From the NCBI GenBank assembly GCA_963736735.1, contig CAVTPX010000008.1:62183-126182 (forward strand): a DNA stretch of 64,000 nucleotides, given 5' to 3'. The notes under the pieces were generated by a model. The model ran no database searches. It saw nothing but the letters and a program-made list of their open reading frames with translations, and had not been told where the DNA came from. Origin of the DNA: an uncultured Bacteroidales bacterium (GTDB taxonomy: Bacteria > Bacteroidota > Bacteroidia > Bacteroidales > VadinHA17). The translations under genes and the position numbers were made by a program. Below are positions 43,717-53,352 of the stretch, in pieces. Each line of letters starts with the position of its first letter. The first letter of the stretch is position 1.

Positions 43717-45046
43717 TTGGAGACAATTCTGCCAGTTCTACAGACAGGTATATTTCAGGTGTCAGCCATTGCGGTCTCCGATATCAGTGTGATTATTGAA
43801 TTTGTCATCCTGCTGCTCCTGCTCTTCTCTTCCGCTTTCATCTCCGGATCCGAGGTTGCATATTTTTCACTTTCACCCTCAGATCTTGACAGTCTCAGGG
43901 AAAAGAAGGGCAAACGCCCGGCGATGGCACTGAAGCTGCTCTCCAACCCCGAACGGCTGCTCAGCACAATTCTGGTCACAAACAATACTGTCAATATTGC
44001 TGTAATTATTCTTGCAGCCTTCATAAGTTCACAACTCTTCGACTTTTCTGACAACCCGGTACTTGGATTCATAATTGAAGCGGTAGTCATAACCTTCATC
44101 CTGCTGCTGTTCGGGGAGATTATGCCAAAGGTCTATGCCTCACACAATCAGCTCAGATTCTCCTTAATTATGGCACCGGCACTGACACTGTGCGTCAGTA
44201 TCTTCAAGCCCCTGGCCTCACTCCTGATGCTTTCATCCGTTTTTGTCAGGAAGAGAACAGTGCTCAGACAGAAAAACATAAGCATTGATGACCTGTCTGA
44301 CGCCCTGGACCTTACCTCGGTCGGTATTAAGGAAGACGAAGAGATTCTAAAGGGAATCGTCAGATTCGGGAACATCAGCGTCAGTGGTATAATGTGCCCC
44401 AGGATTGATGTCTTCGCACTTGATTTACGGGAAGGATTCAAGACGTGTCCTGCCCAAAGTAATTGAATCAGGATTTTCAAGGATTCCTGTTCATTCAGGA
44501 TCATTTGACAATGTTAAAGGTGTTCTCTTCGTCAAGGACCTCCTTCCCCACCTTGAAAAACCCGATGCATTCAAATGGCAGTCCCTCATAAGACCTCCGT
44601 ATGTAGTTCCTGCAACGAAAAAGATAAATGACCTCCTGAAGGAGTTTCAGGAAAAGAAAATCCATATTGCAATCGTAGTTGACGAATACGGTGGCACCAG
44701 CGGCATTGTGACACTCGAGGACATCCTCGAAGAAATCGTGGGAGAAATCACTGATGAGACGGATGAGGATCTTCCTCTCTACAGGAAAACTGCCGATGGT
44801 GCCTGGATCTTTGACGGGAAGATACTTATAAACGACTTTTATAAGATCACAGACACGGATGAAGATCCGTTCGATGATTTCATTGGTGAATCAGAGACCC
44901 TGGCCGGTCTGCTGCTTGAGTTACTCGGTGAAATACCTCAGAAAGGCAGAGTCATTACCCTCGGCGATTTCAATTTCACTATCGAGTCGGTAGAAAAGAG
45001 GCGTATCCGCGAGATCCATGTGGTCAAGAAGGGGGGCTCTGAATGA
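43717..45046 (+). pseudogene. gldE: Gliding-motility protein GldE (CNNM/DUF21 + CBS pair + CorC_HlyC), split by a frameshift near 44425-44450
   Basis: ORF 43717..44466 carries the DUF21 TM domain (SGSEVAYFSLS) and ends ...IDVFALDLREGFKTCPAQSN*. ORF 44405..45046 in another frame continues VLPKVIESGFSRIPV...[25 protein letters not shown]. gldD follows with an ATGA overlap. Confidence 0.85.
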
Positions 45047-45615
45047 AACCAGTATGGGTATCTTTGATTTGCGCCGCTGCATTGCTTCTGACATGCTGCG
45101 GTAGTCCGGCAGTACCAAAACCGGCAGGTTATTTCAGGATTGACCTTCCGGAAAAACAATATGCCCGTTATGATGCACCATGTTCATATTCCTTAGAGTA
45201 TCCCGTTTACGGAAAAGTCAATCCGAAACCGGGTCAGACCAGCGATACCTGCTGGATGGACATTGAATTCCCCGCTTTCAGAGCCAAAATACATCTTACC
45301 TATTTCACTGTCGCCGGCAATCTCGCTTCTCTGACGGAGTCGGCACGCGAGCTGGCATACAAGCACACCGTCAAGGCTGATGCAATTGACGAGAAGGTAT
45401 GGTCAAACGACTCAGCCCGTGTCTACGGCATTCTTTATGACCTTAAGGGCAATACCGCCTCTGCGGTACAGTTTTACATGACTGACAGCACTCGCCATTA
45501 CCTTCGCGGCTCACTCTACTTTACCGCACAGCCAAATGAGGACTCACTCCTGCCTGTAATCACTTTTCTGCGGGAAGATATTATCAGGATGATTGAAACA
45601 ATTACCTGGCGGTAA
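45043..45615 (+). CDS. gldD: Gliding-motility lipoprotein GldD
   Basis: 190 aa. Lipobox LLLTCC, PKPAGYFRIDLPEKQY. Sits immediately downstream of gldE, as in Flavobacterium. Confidence 0.8.
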   Translation: MKPVWVSLICAAALLLTCCGSPAVPKPAGYFRIDLPEKQYARYDAPCSYSLEYPVYGKVNPKPGQTSDTCWMDIEFPAFRAKIHLTYFTVAGNLASLTESARELAYKHTVKADAIDEKVWSNDSARVYGILYDLKGNTASAVQFYMTDSTRHYLRGSLYFTAQPNEDSLLPVITFLREDIIRMIETITWR

Positions 45616-45617
45616 CC

Positions 45618-46271
45618 ATGGGCTGCATCACCAAACACTACCTGAACAAGGATACCGTACTCGGAGCCTGGAAGATCGAAGAGGACCTTCCGGCACTGCT
45701 CGAACTGGTTGAGATGAACGCAGAAGACAGGAAGAGGTATGATATCTTCCGGAGCACCTCGCGAAAGACAGAGTTCCTCAGTGTCAGGGCACTTCTGGCT
45801 GAACTCCTCGGAAAAGAGGCCAAAATAGTATACAACAAGAACAACAAACCATTCATCAGGGACGGGTCACATTTCATAAGTATCACCCATTCGAACAAAC
45901 TCACCGCAATACTTATAAGCAAGAGTGAAAGAGTGGGTATAGACCTCGAATTTATGCGCTCGAACATCGGTACAGTGGCGTTCAAGTTCCTGAATAAAAA
46001 GGAAAAGATCACCCGCAACCGGAGCCTTCGCACATATAACCTCTATATAATATGGTGCGCCAAGGAGGCTATTTACAAGATCTGTGACAAGGAAGGCATT
46101 AATATTGTAAAGGATATCACAATTGATCCTTTTGAAATCAGGGAATCAGGTGAGATAACCGGATCTGTGAAGAATGAACGGATAGACGACAAGTTCACCC
46201 TCTTCTATTCAAAGTATGACAACTACACAATTGTCTGGACCAAGAAAAAGCATGAAGAGCAGCATCCTTGA
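45618..46271 (+). CDS. 4'-phosphopantetheinyl transferase superfamily protein
   Basis: 217 aa. SITHSNKL, VGIDLEFM, IWCAKEAIYK (Sfp/EntD-type motifs). Confidence 0.8.
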   Translation: MGCITKHYLNKDTVLGAWKIEEDLPALLELVEMNAEDRKRYDIFRSTSRKTEFLSVRALLAELLGKEAKIVYNKNNKPFIRDGSHFISITHSNKLTAILISKSERVGIDLEFMRSNIGTVAFKFLNKKEKITRNRSLRTYNLYIIWCAKEAIYKICDKEGINIVKDITIDPFEIRESGEITGSVKNERIDDKFTLFYSKYDNYTIVWTKKKHEEQHP

Positions 46272-46992
46272 CGGCAGGAGAAAGAGAGTCGGGCAGCTGA
46301 TCGATCCGGACAAATACAGTGATGAATCACTGTCTGTAATTGCCGGAAATGCTGAAACGGCCGGTGTCAACTTTGTCCTGGCCGGTGGGAGCCTTACGTC
46401 AAGACCTATAAATACAATGATTGAAAAGCTCAGGAAGCTGTCAGCCATTCCCGTAATCCTGTTTCCGGGAAATCTGATGCAGCTCACTGATGCTGCAGAT
46501 GCCGTATTTCTCCTGTCACTCATAAGCGGGCGCAACCCTGAGTTGCTTATCGGTAACCATGTGGTGGCAGCGCCCTTCCTCAAACACATACGTGAGAGAC
46601 TGATACCCGTGGGATACATGCTAATCGACTGCGGAGGGAGTACTTCTGTAGGGTATATGAGTCAGACATCGCCAATCCCCTGGGACAAGAATGACATCGC
46701 AGTTGCAACAGCTCTGGCCGGCGAGATGCTGGGCATGAAGGCTGTATATCTTGAGGGAGGAAGCGGTGCGTCAAGGCCTGTAAGCCCTTCGATGATCAGA
46801 GCCGTCAGGGAGGAAGTATCCGTTCCTGTCATAACGGGCGGGGGCCTCGATACACCGGCAAAGATCGATGCAGCATTTTCAGCCGGAGCTGATATGGTGG
46901 TTATCGGAAACGGCTGTGAGAAAGACCCCGGTCTTATTGTTGAAGCCTGCAGAATCAGGGACGGTTATAACAAAAAGATCACGACTACCTGA
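46252..46992 (+). CDS. Geranylgeranylglyceryl/heptaprenylglyceryl phosphate synthase family protein (PcrB/GGGPS)
   Basis: LIDPDK, VLAGGS, ILFPGN, YLEGGSGA, ITGGGL, ADMVVIGN are the TIM-barrel motifs of the PcrB/GGGPS family. Start set at the ATG at 46252, a 20-nt overlap with the PPTase gene. Confidence 0.8.
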   Translation: MKSSILDGRRKRVGQLIDPDKYSDESLSVIAGNAETAGVNFVLAGGSLTSRPINTMIEKLRKLSAIPVILFPGNLMQLTDAADAVFLLSLISGRNPELLIGNHVVAAPFLKHIRERLIPVGYMLIDCGGSTSVGYMSQTSPIPWDKNDIAVATALAGEMLGMKAVYLEGGSGASRPVSPSMIRAVREEVSVPVITGGGLDTPAKIDAAFSAGADMVVIGNGCEKDPGLIVEACRIRDGYNKKITTT

Positions 46993-47014
46993 AATCTTAA
47001 CCTAAACGTCTGTA

Positions 47015-48664
47015 TTACCTGAAGAGCTCCTGCAGCGGTTCGCCGGTGGCGGCATTCGGCAGCGGCACTTTGCAAAGGACGGAAAGCGTCACGGCAACAT
47101 CCCGGATACTGATTTTCCTGGTAACCGATGCCCTGCTGGCTGTCCAGCCGTACCAGATGAGGGGCACATGGCTGTCATATTCATAAGGTGAGTTATGACC
47201 CGTTGCATTGTCGTTTTTCTCGATCCATCCCGGATTAAGTGAGATCATAACGTCGCCGGACCTCTGGGAGGTGTAGCTGTTACTCATTTTAAGCAGTATA
47301 CCGCCTGTGAAATCACTCATCTCGAAAGAAGAGCATGGGACCGCCGATGCAATGCCCGAAAACTGAACCATGAACCTTGCAACTTTTTTCTGTATATCCT
47401 CAAGACTGATGTCGGCATCCTCTATCAGGGCCCTGTTCAGGTAAATCTGGTTGTCATAAAACCCTTTCACCCAGTCGCCCTGACCATATATTGCATTAAG
47501 GTAGCTTCTCAGGAGCTGCAACGACTGGTTAACTTTGAAATATCCCGAGGGTATGCGGCTGGCTTCAAGTACCGCCGGTATCTCTGACACACCGTGTGCC
47601 GAAACGAAGTAGACGAGAACGTTTTTTTTGCCGAGATTCTTGTCTATCATATCCAGCAACAGTCCTATGTTTTTGTCGAGGCGCACGATGGCATCGGCTG
47701 TTTCTACCGATGAAGGACCGAAGCGGTGTCCTATGTAGTCGGTTGCAGTATAGTTAATTGCCAGGAAATCAGTGATGTCATCCTGTCCGAGCTGCTCGCC
47801 GGTGATCAGCCTCATGGCAAGTTCAGTTGTGAAATCATCGGAAAAAGGGGTCTCCCTGAGCAGGGCTAAATTACGTTTGACATTCAGGAGCTTTCCTTCA
47901 GTGGACATTGCCTTGAGATCATAGGGGAACCATGTCCGTCCGTTGAACCCGCGTTCCATGCCGCTGGAGTCTATCTGGCATCCGGGATACCGGAGTGGAT
48001 CCATCAGCGGTGTCCAGGGCTGGTTGAGATATTGTCCGGGCATCGTAAGTGCATTGAGGTCCTTCAGCCATGATGGAAGGTCATTAATATAATAGGTGCT
48101 GCTCATCCAGGTGCCGGTCCTGTCGTCATACCAGAAAGCACCGTCAGCGGCATGCCCTGCGGTGATTATGGCTCCCATCTCGCGGACACCTATCCCGTAT
48201 ACCTTTGCAGCCCCACATGAGGCCATCTGAAGCTCGTCGGCGAACGTTGAAGAGAGCAGGTTCACAGGTGAAAAGAGTCCTGTCTCAAAGCTGCCCCCTA
48301 CAGGGCTGACCTTGGGATCCTGCACGCAGTATATCATCTGATCATTGAAAGGGTGGTACCAGCTGTCAGATGTGATACCGTGAAATGCCGGGGAGGTTCC
48401 GGTGGAGACTGTTGCATAACCCGGGCCGGCCTGGGTAAGAAGATAATCATAGGATGCGTTCCGGTAGTAGGTCCCTTCGTTTATCAGGCGTTTGATCCCG
48501 TTCTCGGGGAGTATGTCGCGCAGCCGTTCGAGCTGGTCATACCTTAGCTGCTCAACCATTATCCCGATTACAAGCCTGGGTTTGTCAGGCGGAATGTAAG
48601 CCGACTGGCCGGTGAGATTAAGTGAGATCAGAAGAGAGGCAAGTATAATTAGTGTATTTTTCAT
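47015..48664 (-). CDS. Alkaline-phosphatase-superfamily enzyme (nucleotide pyrophosphatase/phosphodiesterase type)
   Basis: Signal peptide MKNTLIILASLLISLNLTGQ. TVSTGTSPAFHGI (nucleophile-Thr region), ATDYIGHRFGP, SAHG. The start at 48664 is supported by a -7 box at 48699-48706. Confidence 0.8.
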   Translation of the reverse strand: MKNTLIILASLLISLNLTGQSAYIPPDKPRLVIGIMVEQLRYDQLERLRDILPENGIKRLINEGTYYRNASYDYLLTQAGPGYATVSTGTSPAFHGITSDSWYHPFNDQMIYCVQDPKVSPVGGSFETGLFSPVNLLSSTFADELQMASCGAAKVYGIGVREMGAIITAGHAADGAFWYDDRTGTWMSSTYYINDLPSWLKDLNALTMPGQYLNQPWTPLMDPLRYPGCQIDSSGMERGFNGRTWFPYDLKAMSTEGKLLNVKRNLALLRETPFSDDFTTELAMRLITGEQLGQDDITDFLAINYTATDYIGHRFGPSSVETADAIVRLDKNIGLLLDMIDKNLGKKNVLVYFVSAHGVSEIPAVLEASRIPSGYFKVNQSLQLLRSYLNAIYGQGDWVKGFYDNQIYLNRALIEDADISLEDIQKKVARFMVQFSGIASAVPCSSFEMSDFTGGILLKMSNSYTSQRSGDVMISLNPGWIEKNDNATGHNSPYEYDSHVPLIWYGWTASRASVTRKISIRDVAVTLSVLCKVPLPNAATGEPLQELFR

Positions 48665-48698
48665 TTTCAGATTTTGATAAAGAATATTAACCAAGCCG

Positions 48699-48706
48699 CA
48701 AAAGTA
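48699..48706 (-). promoter_or_regulatory. Candidate -7 box (TACTTTTG) for the AlkP-family gene
   Basis: Plus-strand caaaagta is an exact TAnnTTTG on the minus strand, 35 nt upstream of ATG 48664 and only 5 nt from the longer ORF start at 48694. Confidence 0.3.
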
Positions 48707-48759
48707 TCAGTTTTGTCATAAAATAAACAGTGCTAATCACAAAGAAATCAACATCCGGC

Positions 48760-50472
48760 TTAACGGGGCATGAATTTGTTGACAATCAGTTTTCCCCTGA
48801 CTGCCGGTCCGAGCGGCATTTTTTGTACAGAAATGATATAAACACCGTCACCCAGAAAACTGAAATCGGTATTTATCGGGATCCCGGGTAATGAAACTGT
48901 TGTAAAAGATGCAACCAGTGTTCCGCTAATGGATGTAACCCTGACAGTGACATTTCCGGAAAGTGTTACAGGGGTAATAATTCTGACCCTGCCAGAAGTA
49001 GGCACAGGGTATATCAGGAGGCCTGATAAGGGAGGAACGGGCAGTGTGTCAGCGGGAACGAGCTCAACATTCAGCTCAGTTCGCTGATTCCATATTACAT
49101 TTACGTTTTCGGCCGTATATGTCTCATAACCAGGTGAGATAATGTTGAGTGTATGTAGTCCCGGGGAGAGGAATCTGTAATATCTCCCGGTAATTGTATC
49201 AGAATAAACGTGTGAAGAGTCAGCATCATGTCCGGTTACAAATATCTTCGCCGCTACCGGCAGTCCTGTTTCAGCGTCGGTGACACAACCACTGACTCCG
49301 TATAGCGCCTCTTCGAGGTAACGGAGAAGTGACCTGTGGTTAGAGTTCCAGAGTGACTCCAGCTCTGTTGCCGGAGTCTGCTTTGTGTCATCAAGTTCCA
49401 TTGTCACTTCCCTCCCGCCAATCTCATATGTTATGTAATCCTGACGTCCTCCCCTGATTAAGTACCACACTGACCCGCGGGTAACGCCGTTGTCAAGGAA
49501 TGTAAGGTATCCGGGAAGAGCATTCAGATGAACAGTATCTGCATATCTCCTGCTCACCTCATTGAACCACTGATCATCGGAATGCAGCCTGTCCCATTTG
49601 TCCCACGGGTAATTTATTACCTCGGCTCCCGCGTGGAGGTTTGCTGACAGCACGAAGTGCTTTTCACGCATATAAGACATCATGGCGATTGTCTCCGGCT
49701 GGAGCGGAGGCGGAGAAGAAACCTCAGGGTCAGGGAAGTTGCGGTTTACATCATACCCGTTGTCGTTCGTCCTCACAGGATTTATGATTGTGTCACCATC
49801 CCTGTATGTCCCGTCAGGATTTGAAAGCGGGTTTATGTAAATATCGAGTCCTGAGGTAAGTCTCTGGCGGAGCCCTCCGTCATTACTGCCTGATGCAAGG
49901 TGTTCGGCAAGTCGCATCAGAAGGACGAAGCCCCCCAGTTCATCGCCATGGATTGTAGCGCTGAGCATTACAGCCGGTTCATCTTCCTCCGAGGCAGGAT
50001 TGTCAGTTATCCTGAGGGCAAGAATAGCCCTTCCGAGAACACTGAAACCAATTGTGTCAAGGACACATACATCAGGCCACCGGTCAGCCAGCCGGTGCAT
50101 TATTGTATCATAATGTTTCCAGGTGGGGTATGATTGCCATTGCATCGCTTCGTCAGCGGAAGATGCCGTAAGCACACTCTTGGAGCTTTCGGGAATTACA
50201 ATTTTATACTTTATTCCTGCCCTGGCAAACACCGGCGCAGTAAGCGGGGAAAGAGAAAGAATTGCAGTTTTTCCGTCGCATGACGATACAGAATATTGAG
50301 TGGCAAGCTTTGACATGGCATCAAAGCCGGGATAGTCAATTACTACCTCAGCCTGCCCGTAATTCCTGACAAGAGCAGGTATATCATAACCTGCCTCCTG
50401 AGCGGACACATTTACCCGCAGGATAAGTAAGAGAATTGCAGCTGTCAGAAGTTTGTTACTCAAAGTCAGCAC
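48760..50472 (-). CDS. M14-family zinc carboxypeptidase with T9SS C-terminal sorting domain
   Basis: 570 aa, GTG start. ATIHGDELGG (HxxE zinc site), NRNFPDP, SANLHAG. The C-terminus LLIYPVPTSGRVRI...GDGVYIISVQ...GKLIVNK matches the T9SS type-A CTD pattern. Confidence 0.85.
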   Translation of the reverse strand: MLTLSNKLLTAAILLLILRVNVSAQEAGYDIPALVRNYGQAEVVIDYPGFDAMSKLATQYSVSSCDGKTAILSLSPLTAPVFARAGIKYKIVIPESSKSVLTASSADEAMQWQSYPTWKHYDTIMHRLADRWPDVCVLDTIGFSVLGRAILALRITDNPASEEDEPAVMLSATIHGDELGGFVLLMRLAEHLASGSNDGGLRQRLTSGLDIYINPLSNPDGTYRDGDTIINPVRTNDNGYDVNRNFPDPEVSSPPPLQPETIAMMSYMREKHFVLSANLHAGAEVINYPWDKWDRLHSDDQWFNEVSRRYADTVHLNALPGYLTFLDNGVTRGSVWYLIRGGRQDYITYEIGGREVTMELDDTKQTPATELESLWNSNHRSLLRYLEEALYGVSGCVTDAETGLPVAAKIFVTGHDADSSHVYSDTITGRYYRFLSPGLHTLNIISPGYETYTAENVNVIWNQRTELNVELVPADTLPVPPLSGLLIYPVPTSGRVRIITPVTLSGNVTVRVTSISGTLVASFTTVSLPGIPINTDFSFLGDGVYIISVQKMPLGPAVRGKLIVNKFMPR

Positions 50473-51560
50473 TATACGTTAAACCTGATATTAAGGATAT
50501 CACCGTCACCCACGACATAACTCTTTCCCTCGATCATAAACCTGCCGGCTTCCTTGCAGGCGTGTTCTGAGCCCAGTCTCATGAAGTCATTGTATTTCAT
50601 CACCTCAGCCCTTATGAAACCCCGCTCCAGGTCAGAGTGAATGACGCCAGCGGCCTGTGGTGCAGTCATGCCGTCAGTGATTGTCCATGCGCGTATCTCC
50701 TTGGGCCCCACAGTAAAGAAGGTGAGGAGGTTCAGCATCGAATAGGCAGCCCTGACAAGCTTGTTCACACCAGGTTCCGACAATCCGGCGGCCTGCAGGA
50801 ACTCCATCCTGTCCGCCTCATCAGCCAGAGTTGCTATTTCGGCTTCCACTGCTCCTGCGATCACAAGAGGAGTTTTACCACGTTCCTTCAGAAATGCTGT
50901 CACCGCATCAACATATTTGTTCCCGCTGACTGCAGAGCCCTCGTCAACATTGCATACATAAAGCACAGGTTTCATTGTAAGCAGGAAGATATCGTCTGTA
51001 TATCTCTTCTCTTCAGGTTTCGCTTCAAGGGTTACAGCATTTTGGAAGCCTTCAAGATGGTCCTTGTAACGGTTGAGCACTTCGATCCCGTGTTTTGCTT
51101 CCTTGTCACCGGTCTTTGCCGCTCTTTCAAGACGTTGCAGCTTTTTCTCCACTGACTCGATATCCTTTACCTGAAGCTCGAACTCCACGTTTTCGAGGTC
51201 TCTGACCGGGTCAACTGAACCGTCTATATGCGGCAGTGTGTCATTGTCAAAGCAACGGAGCACATGTATCAGGGCATCGGTATTGCGGATATCGCCAAGA
51301 AGCCTGTTCCCTGAGCCGTCGCCCTTACCCCTTACCAGCCCGGGGATATCGACTATCTCGACGGTGGTCGGCACAAGCTTTTCAGTGACCTGGTGCTTCT
51401 CCAGCTCCCTGAGACGCGGATCAGGTACCTGAATGATGCCAAGGTTTGCTTTTGCAACAGCTCCGAAAGTGCCTGTCTCGCCCCGCGAATTGGAGATGCA
51501 GTTGAAGATTGTAGTCTTTCCGACGCTTGTGATACCTATTATGCCGCATTTAAGTGCCAT
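50472..51560 (-). CDS. ychF: Redox-regulated ATPase YchF
   Basis: 362 aa. GIIGITSVGKTTIFN, DIPGLVRG, TMKPVLYVCN, C-terminal TGS-like ...YVVGDGDILNIRFNV. Confidence 0.95.
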   Translation of the reverse strand: MALKCGIIGITSVGKTTIFNCISNSRGETGTFGAVAKANLGIIQVPDPRLRELEKHQVTEKLVPTTVEIVDIPGLVRGKGDGSGNRLLGDIRNTDALIHVLRCFDNDTLPHIDGSVDPVRDLENVEFELQVKDIESVEKKLQRLERAAKTGDKEAKHGIEVLNRYKDHLEGFQNAVTLEAKPEEKRYTDDIFLLTMKPVLYVCNVDEGSAVSGNKYVDAVTAFLKERGKTPLVIAGAVEAEIATLADEADRMEFLQAAGLSEPGVNKLVRAAYSMLNLLTFFTVGPKEIRAWTITDGMTAPQAAGVIHSDLERGFIRAEVMKYNDFMRLGSEHACKEAGRFMIEGKSYVVGDGDILNIRFNV

Positions 51561-51586
51561 TGATCCTGATTTTTTTCGTTATGCCA

Positions 51587-51594
51587 CAAAGGTA
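51587..51594 (-). promoter_or_regulatory. Candidate -7 box (TACCTTTG) for ychF
   Basis: Plus-strand caaaggta is an exact TAnnTTTG on the minus strand, 27 nt upstream of ATG 51560. Confidence 0.3.
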
Positions 51595-51748
51595 CCAAAA
51601 AGTGCCACTCTGCATCAATCAGGCGGAGTGTGATGGTCTCTTTTTACTAATTTTGATGTCAGGATTAAACCTTAACCCCGTTTTTACGTCTCAATAACAA
51701 ATACTGATCTGAAGGTGAAGCTCTTACGCCTCTGAAGATGAAATAAAA

Positions 51749-52258
51749 ATGCTGCTGAAGAGTGAGCCTGAAAAGGCTTTCAGGCTGATTGTCGAAAAAT
51801 TCGGCTCGAAGCTCTACTGGCATATCAGGCGCCTGGTGATAATCCATGCTGATGCAGATGATGCATTGCAGAACACATTCATAAATGCCTGGAAAGGTTT
51901 GGGAGGGTTCCGGAGCGAGAGTTCCCTTTATACCTGGCTCTACTCAATTGCCACCAATGAGGCTCTGACACTCATAAGAAAAAGAGAGAAGACAAGCGGC
52001 GTCTCACTTGATGATGTTGAATCAATAATCTCAGTTTCAACCGAGGGAGACTCGTATTTTGACGGTAATGAGGCGACCCTGAAACTTCAGAATGCAATCC
52101 TGAAACTGCCTGAAAAACAGCGTACAGTATTCAATATGAAGTATTTTGACGATATGAGCTATGAGGAAATCAGTCTTGCACTGGGCACGTCAGTGGGCGC
52201 ACTCAAGGCTTCCTATCACCATGCTGTTAAAAAAATTGAAAGATTTATAATTGAGTAA
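51749..52258 (+). CDS. ECF-type RNA polymerase sigma-70 factor
   Basis: 169 aa. DADDALQNTFINAWKGLGGFRSESSLYTWLYSIATNEAL (region 2). LPEKQRTVFNMKYFDDMSYEEISLALGTSVGALKASYHHA (region 4). Confidence 0.9.
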   Translation: MLLKSEPEKAFRLIVEKFGSKLYWHIRRLVIIHADADDALQNTFINAWKGLGGFRSESSLYTWLYSIATNEALTLIRKREKTSGVSLDDVESIISVSTEGDSYFDGNEATLKLQNAILKLPEKQRTVFNMKYFDDMSYEEISLALGTSVGALKASYHHAVKKIERFIIE

Positions 52259-52295
52259 TTAAACCTCTGACGATTAAACTCATCAAAGAAAAAGT

Positions 52296-52751
52296 ATGAA
52301 GTCAATCGACGAAATAAAAAAAGTGAATCCCTTCAGGGTGCCTGACGGCTACTTTGAGTCTCTGACTGAAAGAACAATGTCGGCTGTTAAGGATATCCCC
52401 GTGTCAGAGGAGTCCCCGGCTGAAAAACAAGGCGGTAAGGTAAGGATAATGCCTTTTCTTGCGCTGGCTGCCGCCATAATAGGTTTTGCAATCCTGGCTG
52501 CCGGTATGGTCAGGCTGGTGACCCGTGATTCCGGCGGTTTAATCCAGGAGACTCAGGACGGGATTTATGCTGACCTCATGGCCGGAGAAATAGACACATA
52601 TTTAATTGAAAATGAGTGGGCCGTTTCGGAAGACATTACAGAAAGTGAACCTGATGTTCAGGTTGGCGAAACGGAGGTTCAGAGTGAAGCCATCATCGAT
52701 TACCTGCTCCTTGAAAATGTGGAACTGACAGATATATACGAACTTCTATAA
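52296..52751 (+). CDS. Putative anti-sigma / membrane protein of the ECF module
   Basis: 151 aa. One TM helix (MPFLALAAAIIGFAILAAGMV) and an acidic C-terminal region. The role is assigned from position only. Confidence 0.45.
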   Translation: MKSIDEIKKVNPFRVPDGYFESLTERTMSAVKDIPVSEESPAEKQGGKVRIMPFLALAAAIIGFAILAAGMVRLVTRDSGGLIQETQDGIYADLMAGEIDTYLIENEWAVSEDITESEPDVQVGETEVQSEAIIDYLLLENVELTDIYELL

Positions 52752-52761
52752 AAATATAAAA

Positions 52762-53250
52762 ATGAAAAAAGTACTTACAGCAATCATTGTCTTACTGATT
52801 GTCTCGGCTTTCGAAGTAAATGCACAGGGTCAGGAAGATCTTGACAAACTCACGGCTTACAAGATCGCTTTCTTTACTCAGAAACTGAACCTTTCATCAT
52901 CAGAGGCAGAGAAATTCTGGCCTGTTTACAATGACTATTCGGCACGCAAAAGCAAGATCCAGCTTGAGAGAGTGGCACTGATGCGTTACGCCATGCAGAA
53001 CGAAGCTAATCTCAGCGAACAGGAACTCTCTTCAACGGCAGATAAACTTGCACAGTCTTTTGCTGATGAAGCCAATCTTACGGTAACCTTCAATGCGGAT
53101 ATTAAGAAGATTCTGCCTCCGGCAAAGATGATCAAACTGTTTCAGTCAGAGACCCAGTACAAGCAGCAGCTTCTGAGGGAGTTGAACCAGCGCAGACAGG
53201 GGCAGGGAGCAGGACAGGGCAATTCCGGGATCCGCCGGAAGCCGCTATAG
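52762..53250 (+). CDS. Secreted helical protein, Spy/CpxP-like candidate (third gene of the ECF module)
   Basis: 162 aa. Signal peptide ...SAFEVNAQ, predicted all-helical, LTAYKIAFFTQKLNLSSSEAEKFWPVY, basic Gln/Gly-rich tail. The functional label is tentative. Confidence 0.45.
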   Translation: MKKVLTAIIVLLIVSAFEVNAQGQEDLDKLTAYKIAFFTQKLNLSSSEAEKFWPVYNDYSARKSKIQLERVALMRYAMQNEANLSEQELSSTADKLAQSFADEANLTVTFNADIKKILPPAKMIKLFQSETQYKQQLLRELNQRRQGQGAGQGNSGIRRKPL

Positions 53251-53317
53251 GGAGAAAAGTAACCTTTTCAAATGGCAATTTACCTCCCCGTCCGCCCAGT
53301 CACCTGGCGTAAGGACA

Positions 53318-53338
53318 CCCCTCCCCGAAAAGGAGGGG
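53318..53338. terminator. Hairpin between convergent genes (no clear U-tract)
   Basis: cccctcc-ccgaaaa-ggagggg, a 7-bp GC stem between the stop at 53250 (+) and the hisS stop at 53353 (-). Confidence 0.3.
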
Positions 53339-53352
53339 AAAACCCCTTATAA

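Noticed and set aside
200-45046. Programmed ribosomal frameshifting, or split genes as functional two-part proteins, at the frame breaks
   Set aside because: I saw no slippery heptamer or stimulatory pseudoknot-like structure at the junctions. The affected genes (nadK, gldE, SDR, kinases) are not known recoding targets. The downstream halves lack their own start codons and ribosome-binding context. Indel error or very recent mutation is the simpler explanation.
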